Source: Leptonemataceae bacterium | Lineage (GTDB): Bacteria > Spirochaetota > Leptospiria > Leptospirales > Leptonemataceae | Assembly (NCBI GenBank): GCA_965227295.1 | Contig: OZ245742.1 | Span: forward strand, 2,624,001 to 2,688,000 | Direction: 5' to 3' | DNA length: 64,000 nucleotides | Part shown: positions 56,701 to 64,000 of the stretch, piece after piece | How the letters are laid out: each line of letters starts with the position of its first letter | Numbering within the stretch: the first letter of the stretch is position 1 | Notes under the pieces: generated by a model | Told to the model about the DNA's origin: nothing | Seen by the model: the letters and a program-made list of their open reading frames with translations, nothing else | Databases searched by the model: none | Made by a program: the position numbers and the translations under genes

Positions 56701-56894
56701 TGCGGCCGGTGCTCATGACGGCCCTCGTGGCGAGCCTGGGCTTTCTGCCCATGGCCATCAACACCGGTCTCGGAGCCGGGGTGCAGCGTCCCCTGGCCAC
56801 GGTGGTCGTGGGCGGACTCTTAACAGCTACCGTGTTGACATTACTGCTGCTGCCGGCGTTGTATCTGTGGATGCATCGCAAAGAAGGGCGATGA
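53763..56894 (+). CDS. CusA/CzcA heavy-metal efflux RND transporter
   Basis: LPVDAVPDIT, ANLMSLGALDFG.LVD, EGKMFRPMA, RLRPVLMTALVASLGFLPMA, QRPLATVV. Confidence 0.93.
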   Translation: MNRLVTFSLHNRPFVFGATLLIALAGMYFALHLPVDAVPDITGVQVVVNTETGAMDPAQVESSVTYPIETELAGLPGVTEVRSLSRFGLSQVVATFREGTDIYHARTLTAQRLQSAREALPGGASPELGPIATGLGEVFLYVLSAKEGSALAQKSESERLLYLRTVQDFTVKPYLKARIPNIAEIDTIGGYKKEIHVEFVPSRLAQVGVTLEQLSDALETIGENFGGGTIQRDGRNIIVRTNGLVDDLAVVRSTAVSLNVYGAPIRVGDVAAVRESHVQRTGAATYNGEETVLGTVLMLLGANSRDVALAAREAAAQVPLPPDVELVPVYSRDYLVTTTIGTVLKNLGEGAALVILVLFLILGHFRAALIVSLAIPLSMLVAAAGMFRYEISANLMSLGALDFGLLVDASVVIIENVLRRLEEEPQLAEAPLAEKIDAVGRACREVVRPVSFGLLIIMAVYVPILGLEGIEGKMFRPMALTVLMALGASLVTALGLMPALALTFLLHRPRRAHKEPVLLRYAKAAYRPLLDLSLRRPLFILLPTVLIGVLSVFAFLGLGAAFVPRLGEGDLLVSFVRDSGMSLRRSIELQKKSEEILSSYPEIERVFARIGTAESATDPMGVYMGDTFAILEKDTSRWRPGVSLEDLRAELRAKLGAEVPGQEITVSQPIEFRFNELLEGSRADVNVRIFGRNLESLFQYQEQARELLANLPGVEAAELDAITALRRGPLLDIRLRTDVLPRYGLQSRHVNHALETAMGGRRVGSFYEEDRRFPIVVRLAPELRRQSAALRSIPVSLGDGGTAPLGELTTVSEHEGIVNIARNGARRYAAVAVELNARGNANVLDFVERARRELDDKLQLPEGYYTEWGGQFRNLERARARLTVVVPVVMIVIFILILRNTGSLRQTALIFLSVPLALSGGILALYLRGIEFSVSATVGCIALSGIAILNAMVMVSFFNQLLREGASPEEAVRRGALTRLRPVLMTALVASLGFLPMAINTGLGAGVQRPLATVVVGGLLTATVLTLLLLPALYLWMHRKEGR

Positions 56895-56895
56895 C

Positions 56896-57957
56896 TCACT
56901 TCGCCGCGTAGATCCGGTCTTTGCCGTCGCTCTTCGCACGATACAGGGCCTGGTCGGCCGCGAGAAAGACCTCGCCCGGTTGTCGGCCGTGCCGCGGGTA
57001 GTGCGCGATGCCGCCGCTGATCGTAACCTTTCCGTGAGTAAACTTAGAGGAACGCACGGCCTCCATGAATCTTGCGGCCGTGCGCAGGGCCTGTTCGCTG
57101 TCGGTTTCGGGGAGGATGACCACGAATTCCTCGCCGCCGTAGCGACAGGGCACGTCCTCTTCTCGAAACGTGGCAAGCATCAACGCGCCGATGGTTCGCA
57201 TGACCTCGTCCCCCTCGGCGTGGCCGAAGTTGTCGTTGTAGTACTTAAAGTCGTCGATGTCCACCACCAGCACCGCCACGCTGTGACCGTAACGTTCGGC
57301 GCGATGCACTTCTTGCAGCAACGAACGATCCAGATAACGACGATTGTAGAGGCCGGTGAGGGCGTCCTGGAACGAACTGCGGATCATGTCCTCGAAGGTG
57401 CTGATCTCCACGAGCTTCGGATTGTGCAGCACCGGATTCACGTAGAGAAAGTAATCCACCATGGCGACGCGAAACGGAACCGGTCGGCCCATGGCCCGGG
57501 ACATGCCGTGGGTATGGTTCACGATCTCTTCCCAGTAGGTATGCGCTTCTTCGCCGTCGAATTCCTGGTGGACCAGCAAACGAAAGAAGTCCGTATAAAA
57601 ACGTTCGCCCTCGTCTGCGATGAGCGACTCCAGTTCCTTGAAGGCTTGTTTGCCGGATCCCAGGGCCCTTAAGATGCGATCTTCGAGAGTTACTTCGACG
57701 GGGCGCCGGCTGCTCTGCATTTGCTGGCGCAGTTGGAGGATCTCATCTTGCGGAAGTTCGTGCACTTCCTCGTAAGCGGAGATGATGCGATTGGCCTTCA
57801 CGAGTTCGCGTTCGCTCTGCCGCGCGATGTGTTCGTAGGCGGAGAGCAATTTGCGCAGTCGTGTAATCTCCTGCTGCGCCGCGCCCGGGTCCGTAAGAGT
57901 GTTCAGATCTTCGGGTGGTTGCTGTGCATCGCCGGAATTTTGCGCGGGCCTGCTCAT
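56896..57957 (-). CDS. GGDEF diguanylate cyclase
   Basis: DALTGLYNRR, DIDDFK..ND.FGH, REED I-site, RYGGEEF. Confidence 0.93.
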   Translation of the reverse strand: MSRPAQNSGDAQQPPEDLNTLTDPGAAQQEITRLRKLLSAYEHIARQSERELVKANRIISAYEEVHELPQDEILQLRQQMQSSRRPVEVTLEDRILRALGSGKQAFKELESLIADEGERFYTDFFRLLVHQEFDGEEAHTYWEEIVNHTHGMSRAMGRPVPFRVAMVDYFLYVNPVLHNPKLVEISTFEDMIRSSFQDALTGLYNRRYLDRSLLQEVHRAERYGHSVAVLVVDIDDFKYYNDNFGHAEGDEVMRTIGALMLATFREEDVPCRYGGEEFVVILPETDSEQALRTAARFMEAVRSSKFTHGKVTISGGIAHYPRHGRQPGEVFLAADQALYRAKSDGKDRIYAAK

Positions 57958-58093
57958 ACGGGATTCCTCAGATACCGCGACAGCCTGTGCGGGGCCACCA
58001 CAATTTCCGCGGCGCGGCCTTCGTAAAAGTACTGGCGAAAAATCTCAGCGTCGGTTAATATTCATTTATAGCTCCGTCGTTAATATAAACAGC

Positions 58094-58987
58094 ATGAACG
58101 CACGCATTCTCAATCTGGCGGTCGCCGCCGTTTTATGTCTCGGACTTGTTCTGCCCGGCCATGCCCAGGACGGCGATGTGCAGGGTCCGGACCCCGCGGG
58201 TCAGGACGTGAACGCCATGGCGCTCTCCCCGGAGAACATATCATTTCGGCGGGCGCGCGACCTGGCGCGAGAAAGCGGGTTCGCGGATCTCGAAATCGAC
58301 ATGATGCACGGCCGGCTCGGCCGCCAGGCGGCGACCACGCTTACGATCCCCGGCGTGCCCGAAGAGCCGGGCGAGTTCTACGAACTGTTGGCCACCTCGG
58401 ATGCGCGGCTCATCCTGAAGGGCGAGGACTCCCACGGTAAACCCTACGTGCGGGTGACGTTGCGCGAGGGCAATACCTTCAGCACGGACGTCTTTCCGAA
58501 GCGCTACGTCTTTCGCGCGCATGCGTATCTTTTTCCGTCCGAGGACGGGAGCGAACTGAGCAAAGTCATCTTTCAGTTTTATCGCATCAACTACGGCGGC
58601 AGTTCCTACAAACGTGAACTGCGCCGGCTCATTCACCCGAATCCGAAGAACCTGGCGCGGGCCGAGGGCAAAGAACTCACGGTCGACCTGGATCTGCTGA
58701 ACAACAGCGACATCACCCTGGAGTACTTCGAGGAAGCGTCCACGGTACAGCCGACCTGGGAAGGCCCTGACGGCGTGCCGCTGCCCGAGATCACGCAGAT
58801 CGAGCCGAAGGAACGCGTGCAGCTTGTGAATCCGGACACCCCGCTGAACTACGACGAGCAAATCCGCCTCATGGTCCGCTACAAACGTCTGTTGCGCACG
58901 GTCTCCCGGTTGCTCGAAGCCCGCATCAAGTCTCACGAACTCGACCGCGAGATGATCATCGAACAACTGCTGGATTTCCCGACCTGA
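58094..58987 (+). CDS. Hypothetical exported protein
   Basis: Signal peptide (..GHA|QD), typical codon usage. Confidence 0.7.
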   Translation: MNARILNLAVAAVLCLGLVLPGHAQDGDVQGPDPAGQDVNAMALSPENISFRRARDLARESGFADLEIDMMHGRLGRQAATTLTIPGVPEEPGEFYELLATSDARLILKGEDSHGKPYVRVTLREGNTFSTDVFPKRYVFRAHAYLFPSEDGSELSKVIFQFYRINYGGSSYKRELRRLIHPNPKNLARAEGKELTVDLDLLNNSDITLEYFEEASTVQPTWEGPDGVPLPEITQIEPKERVQLVNPDTPLNYDEQIRLMVRYKRLLRTVSRLLEARIKSHELDREMIIEQLLDFPT

Positions 58988-59034
58988 GCCGGGCCGCTCC
59001 GAAGAAGAAGAAGGGGAAAACTACACAGGAATTT

Positions 59035-59158
59035 TTTGGGCGTCTGCCCCGCCGCGCCGCGGTAGCGGCGGGGCACCGCGCTGCTACGGGCTCCGCTGTC
59101 GCTGCGGTCGCGCTGCGCGCGACGGCCTTCGGCCCCCTGCGCACCGCTGACGCGAAGA
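59035..59158 (+). repeat. Structured intergenic repeat, copy 7
   Basis: TTTGGGCGTC...CCGCTGACGCGAAGA. Confidence 0.8.
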
Positions 59159-59179
59159 GGTAGAGCCATAGATTCCGAT

Positions 59180-59299
59180 TCTTCGCGTCAGCGATTGGAG
59201 CGATGGCCGAAGGCCAGTCTCGCGTCTTCGCGAGACCGGAGCGAAGCGGAGTCGCGGATGTCCCCGCCGCCTGGGCCTGGCGGCGGGGAGACGCCCAAA
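59180..59299 (-). repeat. Structured intergenic repeat, copy 8 (inverted partner of copy 7)
   Basis: TCTTCGCGTCAG...GACGCCCAAA. Confidence 0.8.
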
Positions 59300-59401
59300 G
59301 CAAGAACACCTTAATCTTCCCTCTCATCTTCACGGGTCGTCCCCGTACTTCTTGACGGCAGAAGGTCGCCGGTAACATTGCCCATTCTAAGGAAAACTAC
59401 C

Positions 59402-59674
59402 GTGAGAACCTACGAACTCATCACGATCATCGATCCGGCGCGGCTGGATGAAGGCAAAAAGGCCCTCGACGATATTCAGGCCCGCTACCAGGGAAAAACG
59501 GCGAGCGAAGACGATTGGGGCGACAAGCGCATGCCCCACGACGACGGCACCATGCCCATGGGCCGTTTTCTGTTCCGCACGCTGGAAATGGCGCCGGAAA
59601 AGGTCGCCGAGTTTACCCGCGAACTGAACATCCACGCGGCCATTGCCCGGCACATGATCCACGTAACGAACTAA
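59402..59674 (+). CDS. rpsF: 30S ribosomal protein S6 (divergent)
   Basis: MRTYEL..I.DP, EDDWG.K, ELNI...I.RHMI; located directly before ssb. Confidence 0.8.
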   Translation: MRTYELITIIDPARLDEGKKALDDIQARYQGKTASEDDWGDKRMPHDDGTMPMGRFLFRTLEMAPEKVAEFTRELNIHAAIARHMIHVTN

Positions 59675-59676
59675 GA

Positions 59677-60192
59677 GTGGCCACCGATCTCAACAGCGTG
59701 CAACTCATCGGGCGGCTGACCCGGGATCCCGAGCTCCGGCAGACCGGCGGCGGGACTTCCTATTGCCGCTTCGGCATCGCCAACAATCGCAACTACACGA
59801 CGAACGGCGAGCGCCGCGAAGAGGTCTCGTTTTTCAACTGTGTCGCCTGGGGTCGCCAGGCGGAAATCATCAACCAGTACTGCCGCAAGGGCAAGCAGGT
59901 GGCCATCAACGGTCGGTTGCAGCAGCGCTCCTGGGAAGGCCAGGACGGCAAAAAGAACTCCACGGTGGATGTCGTGGTCGAAAACCTCCAGATGCTCGGC
60001 GCGCCCGGTGGCAGCGGCGGCGGTGGGGGAGACGACTACGGCGCCGGTGGTGGATACGGTGGCGGTCACAGCCCCGGTTACTCGTCCGAACCGTCACAGG
60101 GTTATGGCGGCGGGAATCAGGGCGGTGGTTTCAACGAACCGGCCCCCTCGTATGCCGGTGACGGCATGGACGACGACGACATCCCGTTCTGA
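59677..60192 (+). CDS. ssb: Single-stranded DNA-binding protein
   Basis: LNSVQLIGRLTRDPELR, KGKQVAINGRL, C-terminal DDDDIPF. Confidence 0.97.
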   Translation: MATDLNSVQLIGRLTRDPELRQTGGGTSYCRFGIANNRNYTTNGERREEVSFFNCVAWGRQAEIINQYCRKGKQVAINGRLQQRSWEGQDGKKNSTVDVVVENLQMLGAPGGSGGGGGDDYGAGGGYGGGHSPGYSSEPSQGYGGGNQGGGFNEPAPSYAGDGMDDDDIPF

Positions 60193-60228
60193 TGTCGCGT
60201 AAACGAACTATTAATATAGAGGAAAGTC

Positions 60229-60864
60229 ATGAAAGTCATCTTGCAAAAGGACGTGCCGAACCTGGGCGACGCGGGCGAAATCAAGGAAGTGTCCAGCGGT
60301 TACGCTCGCAACTACCTGCTGCCGCGGAACCTGGTCATCCCGGCTACCGCTCGTTCCCGCGCCGCGCTCGCGCACCACAAGCGCCTCATGGAATCGAAGG
60401 CGAAGAAACGCGAAGCGCAAATGCAGGAACTCGCCGGTTCCATGAAGGACATCCAGGACATCGAGATTCCGGTGCGCGTCGGCGCGAACAAGAAGATGTA
60501 CGGCTCCGTCACCTCCGCTCAGATCGCGCAGATCCTGAGCGACAAGGGATTCCCCATCGACAAACGCAAAGTTGAAATGGGCGATAAGATCCGCGCCATC
60601 GGAACCTACAGCATCAAGGTCAAACTCGCGGAAAAGATCAGCGTGCCCCTCGAAATCAACGTCGTTCCGGACGAAGCCTCGGAGGCGGAGATCGCCGAGG
60701 AAGAAGCCCAGGAAGCCGCGCGCCTCGAACGCGAAAAGGCCCACGCGGATGCCGTCGCGAAAGCCGAGAGTGGCGAGACCGACGAAGACGAGGCGGCCGA
60801 AGGCGAGGCTGATGAGGGCGAGGTTGCTGAGGGCGAAAGCGAAGGCGAAGCTACCGAAGAGTAA
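60229..60864 (+). CDS. rplI: 50S ribosomal protein L9 with acidic tail
   Basis: MKVILQKDVPNLG..G.IKEV..GYARNYLLP, KMYGSVT. Confidence 0.97.
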   Translation: MKVILQKDVPNLGDAGEIKEVSSGYARNYLLPRNLVIPATARSRAALAHHKRLMESKAKKREAQMQELAGSMKDIQDIEIPVRVGANKKMYGSVTSAQIAQILSDKGFPIDKRKVEMGDKIRAIGTYSIKVKLAEKISVPLEINVVPDEASEAEIAEEEAQEAARLEREKAHADAVAKAESGETDEDEAAEGEADEGEVAEGESEGEATEE

Positions 60865-60907
60865 GAAGCATCTACCCGAGGATCGAGGGTCCGAGGAAAT
60901 CAAAGAA

Positions 60908-60943
60908 GAGGCGGCGTTCCTGTTTTGGGACGGCGCCTTTTTT
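60908..60943 (+). terminator. Probable intrinsic terminator after rplI
   Basis: AGGCGGCGTTCC-loop-GGGACGGCGCCT followed by a T-run. Confidence 0.6.
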
Positions 60944-61424
60944 ATGCATGGCAGTCGACGGCGGTGATCCATTCCTCTGCTGGAATCGTGTCGATAATGC
61001 GCAGGACACAGGTCCTGTAGGTCGCGCCGGTCGCTTCGCCGTTTTCCCAGGCGTCGAAGTCGTTCCACTTCCCGTTGTGCAGGATTGCACAGGGCAGGGG
61101 CGAGGCCGGGTGGTCCGGACCCGCGCGCGTCCAGGTCGGCTGCCACATGGACGCAAAATCGATATCGCGTCGACGGGCGACGTTCACCCATCCGGGGCGA
61201 CCGGAGGTGTTTGCCGCGTCCGAATACCGTGCGTCGTAATTTTCCGGCAGCGGTTCCACCTGGCGCCCGGGTTTCAACTGGAAGAGGCCCCTGGTTTCGA
61301 TTCGCCAGTAGTCCCATTTCGCTTTCGCGTTTTCCGACCCGTCCGCCCCGGGCGCATATACCGAGAACGGGTCCAGACTGGCCGACGGGCGGAGTCCGGT
61401 GACATATACCAGGAAGTGCGCCAT
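60942..61424 (-). CDS. Hypothetical protein between rplI and dnaB
   Basis: MAHFLVYV..AKWDYWRI..AILHNGKW..WITAVDCH. Confidence 0.6.
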   Translation of the reverse strand: MAHFLVYVTGLRPSASLDPFSVYAPGADGSENAKAKWDYWRIETRGLFQLKPGRQVEPLPENYDARYSDAANTSGRPGWVNVARRRDIDFASMWQPTWTRAGPDHPASPLPCAILHNGKWNDFDAWENGEATGATYRTCVLRIIDTIPAEEWITAVDCHA

Positions 61425-61710
61425 AGACGTGTGCTCGCAGGCTCCGTACGGCTCCGAATCTGTCCGCCGAAAAAAGCTGTATCACGATCGGAGCGGCCGC
61501 ACGCACGAGTGTCCGCGGCCTGCGTCCCGCCTCACTTCTCCTCCCTGTGATCTTTCTCCCGGTGTCCTCGGTGTCTCGGTGGTTCAAACTTGACACCTGT
61601 ACGCCCGCGAGAGCATCTACTTGCTTCCGGTAACACGACATAGTCCGCCATTATCATCCACAAACAAACCACGCCTTACTCGCGCGCGCCGCTCACAGGA
61701 ATCTTCATAC

Positions 61711-63132
61711 ATGTACGACGTAGACCCCGCCGAATACCTCGACCACGGCCCGCCCGAACCCGGCGAGGCGCCCATGCACTTGCCGCACGACGCCGAGGCC
61801 GAGCGGCAGGTCCTCGGTGCGCTCATGGTCCGGCCGGACCTCGTGTTGCAGATCGCCGGCCTGGTTGCGAAAGATGAGTTCTACTTCGAAAGCCATCGCA
61901 TCATCTTCGATGCGATTCTCGAAACCGGACACAAGAGCGCCGGCGAACTCGACGCCGTGCAGATCGTGCAGTACCTCAGCGATCGTTCGCTCCTGGATTC
62001 CGTGGGCGGCGGGCCCTACGTCATGCGCCTGGCCCACGACGTCATGGCCCCGGGCAGCGTAACTTTACATGCGCGCCGGTTAAAGTCTTTCGCGCTCCGC
62101 CGATCGCTCATGCAGGCGGCGAACTCCATCCTGGAAGACGCGTCCCGGCCGTCCGAGGACGAGAACGTTTTTTTACGCAGCGTCGAAGATCGCATCCTCA
62201 AGATCACCAACAGCACGTTCTCGCAGGGGATCGTATCCGTCGCGGAGCTCAAGAACGAGTTCGGCACCTACCTGAAAGGCCTCATCGAAGCCAAAGGCAG
62301 CTTAACCGGATCTCCGACGCACTTTACGGACTTCGACCGGCTCACCTCCGGACTCAAGGGCGGGCAGTTGTTGATCCTCGCCGCGCGTCCCGGCATGGGT
62401 AAAACCACGTTCGCGCTGAACATGGCCGCGAACATGGCGAAGCTGAACAAACACCACGTGCTGGTCTATTCGCTCGAGATGTCCAAAATGGAACTGATCA
62501 TGCGCCTGTTGTGCTCCGAGGCGCAGTTCTCGCACACGGACCTCAAGCGCGGCAACATCGGCTCCCGGGCCCAGGATATTTTGCAGACGATTGAACGCGT
62601 TTGTTCCTGGCCGGTGGACATCGACGACTCCGGCGACCTGGACGTCTGGGAACTGGTCACCCGGGCGCGCAAGTTCAAGGTGGAGCTGGACCAACGCGGC
62701 GAGGGCCTCGGTCTCATAATCGTAGATTACCTGCAGTTAGTGAGCGATCCCGAGGCGCGTAAACACGGCCGCCAGCACGAGGTGGCCACCATCTCCCGAA
62801 CGCTCAAGCAGCTCGCGAAGATGCTCGACGTGCCGGTGCTCGCCCTGTCCCAGATGAACCGCTCGGTGGAACAGCGCCGCGGGGACTCGGCCCGCCCGCA
62901 GCTCTCGGACCTGCGCGAGTCCGGCGCCATTGAACAGGACGCGGACATGGTCATGTTCATTCACCAACCCCAGCAGGGCGAAGCCGAATCCCTGGAAGAC
63001 CTGGAAAACCGCGGCACGGTGGAGATGATCATCGCGAAACACCGCAGCGGTCCCGTGGATTCGTTCCGCCTGGCTTTCCGTCCGGAACTGAACCGCTTCG
63101 ACAACCGTGTCATGGAATCGAGTGATTATTGA
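61711..63132 (+). CDS. dnaB: Replicative DNA helicase
   Basis: PHDAEAERQVLG, AARPGMGKT, SLEMS, IVDYLQL, LSQMNR, SDLRESGAIEQDAD; no intein. Confidence 0.97.
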   Translation: MYDVDPAEYLDHGPPEPGEAPMHLPHDAEAERQVLGALMVRPDLVLQIAGLVAKDEFYFESHRIIFDAILETGHKSAGELDAVQIVQYLSDRSLLDSVGGGPYVMRLAHDVMAPGSVTLHARRLKSFALRRSLMQAANSILEDASRPSEDENVFLRSVEDRILKITNSTFSQGIVSVAELKNEFGTYLKGLIEAKGSLTGSPTHFTDFDRLTSGLKGGQLLILAARPGMGKTTFALNMAANMAKLNKHHVLVYSLEMSKMELIMRLLCSEAQFSHTDLKRGNIGSRAQDILQTIERVCSWPVDIDDSGDLDVWELVTRARKFKVELDQRGEGLGLIIVDYLQLVSDPEARKHGRQHEVATISRTLKQLAKMLDVPVLALSQMNRSVEQRRGDSARPQLSDLRESGAIEQDADMVMFIHQPQQGEAESLEDLENRGTVEMIIAKHRSGPVDSFRLAFRPELNRFDNRVMESSDY

Positions 63133-63175
63133 GATACGCGGCGCACCAGGCCTGGTAACTTCAACTCAGCACAGA

Positions 63176-64000
63176 TTACAGCGGCAGCTCCGGACAGAAC
63201 CACCGCAACATCGCGGGGTTTTCGTCGCGGGGGTAGTTGTGCGAAAGATCGTCCAGTTCGCGATAGGTAATATCGGCGCCGGCTTCCCGCAGCGCGTCCG
63301 CGGCGGCGCGGGCCCGGTCGACGGCGAACATCCAGTCCTGCGCACCGTGGACCATGTAGATGCGCGTGTCCTGGACCGGAGCGTTCACGACGCCGTTCGT
63401 GTTTTGCATGGCGTGCACCGCCGCGGCCACCGGGGCGTAGTGCGTGAACGGCGACTGCTTCACAGTCGATAACAGCATGGCATACGTGCCGCCGTCGGAG
63501 ATGCCCGTGAGCAACAGGTGTTTCGTATCGATGTTCCACTTCGTCGAGATCGAATCCAGCATGCGATTGAGACCGGCGGCGTCCGTGCCGGGCTCGTGCA
63601 ACGACCAGGTGCGATCGCGGGACGTCGGCACGGCCAGGATAAAACCGAACGCCCGGGCATCGCGCAGCCAGGACCACAGAAAATCCGCGCCATGACCGGA
63701 GCCGCCGTGCAGGGCAATGACCAGCGGCCACGACCGATCCGGACGGTAGTACTCCGGAACGTAGACTGAGTAACCGCCGCGCTGCCCGCGTTGATTGCTG
63801 ATGTTCAGGAGTCCGCGCTCGACGTCATCGTCGGGCGTACGGCCGAGGCGCGCGTGTAGTTCCGCATCGTCGCGCCGGGACGGCGTAAGATAGTGGCGGC
63901 TCACCTCGCTGTAGCGACTCGCCAGGGGAAACAGAATATCGTTCGCGCGCGCCACGGGACGCAATGCCTGGAAGGCCTTCAGGATTTCGTGCGGGGGATT
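63176..64000 (-). CDS. Phospholipase/carboxylesterase-like alpha/beta hydrolase (5' end outside window)
   Basis: VYVPEYY..PLVIALHGG, TGISDGG nucleophile motif, HGAQD, LSH; frame open to the right edge. Confidence 0.85.
   Translation of the reverse strand, partial: NPPHEILKAFQALRPVARANDILFPLASRYSEVSRHYLTPSRRDDAELHARLGRTPDDDVERGLLNISNQRGQRGGYSVYVPEYYRPDRSWPLVIALHGGSGHGADFLWSWLRDARAFGFILAVPTSRDRTWSLHEPGTDAAGLNRMLDSISTKWNIDTKHLLLTGISDGGTYAMLLSTVKQSPFTHYAPVAAAVHAMQNTNGVVNAPVQDTRIYMVHGAQDWMFAVDRARAAADALREAGADITYRELDDLSHNYPRDENPAMLRWFCPELPL

Noticed and set aside
59378..61710. Extended starts for rpsF (59378), ssb (59515) and dnaB (61621) in the ORF track
   Set aside because: Homology starts and RBS positions favour 59402, 59677 and 61711

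Overview
GC-rich bacterial chromosomal window. The gene content (rpsF-ssb-rplI-dnaB, aspS, phoH/7TM-HD/ybeY, lptD-like, many lipoproteins and cyclic-nucleotide enzymes) suggests a Leptospirales-like spirochaete; this is inferred, not searched. Core genes are separated by blocks of accessory genes. Main observations: (1) a >=1091-codon minus-strand ORF missing from the ORF track (3274 to the left edge), with a DUF6519-like N-terminus and tail-fibre/DUF2341/LamG-like modules. (2) Four Uma2 nuclease genes. Two share a 255-bp near-identical 5' block, and three carry an identically spaced upstream TGTCAC-N10-(T/G)ACAAT motif resembling WYL/PafBC-type promoters. (3) Eight copies of a roughly 120-bp covarying structured repeat (Flavo-1-like), plus a second short REP-like family. 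(4) A low-GC SIR2-TPR candidate defence gene. (5) A degenerate non-coding tandem array with a roughly 330-bp unit at 48.3-49.0 kb. (6) rpsR is absent from the rpsF-ssb-rplI operon. No rRNA, tRNA, CRISPR array, integrase or transposase was recognised. All family calls come from motifs read by eye.
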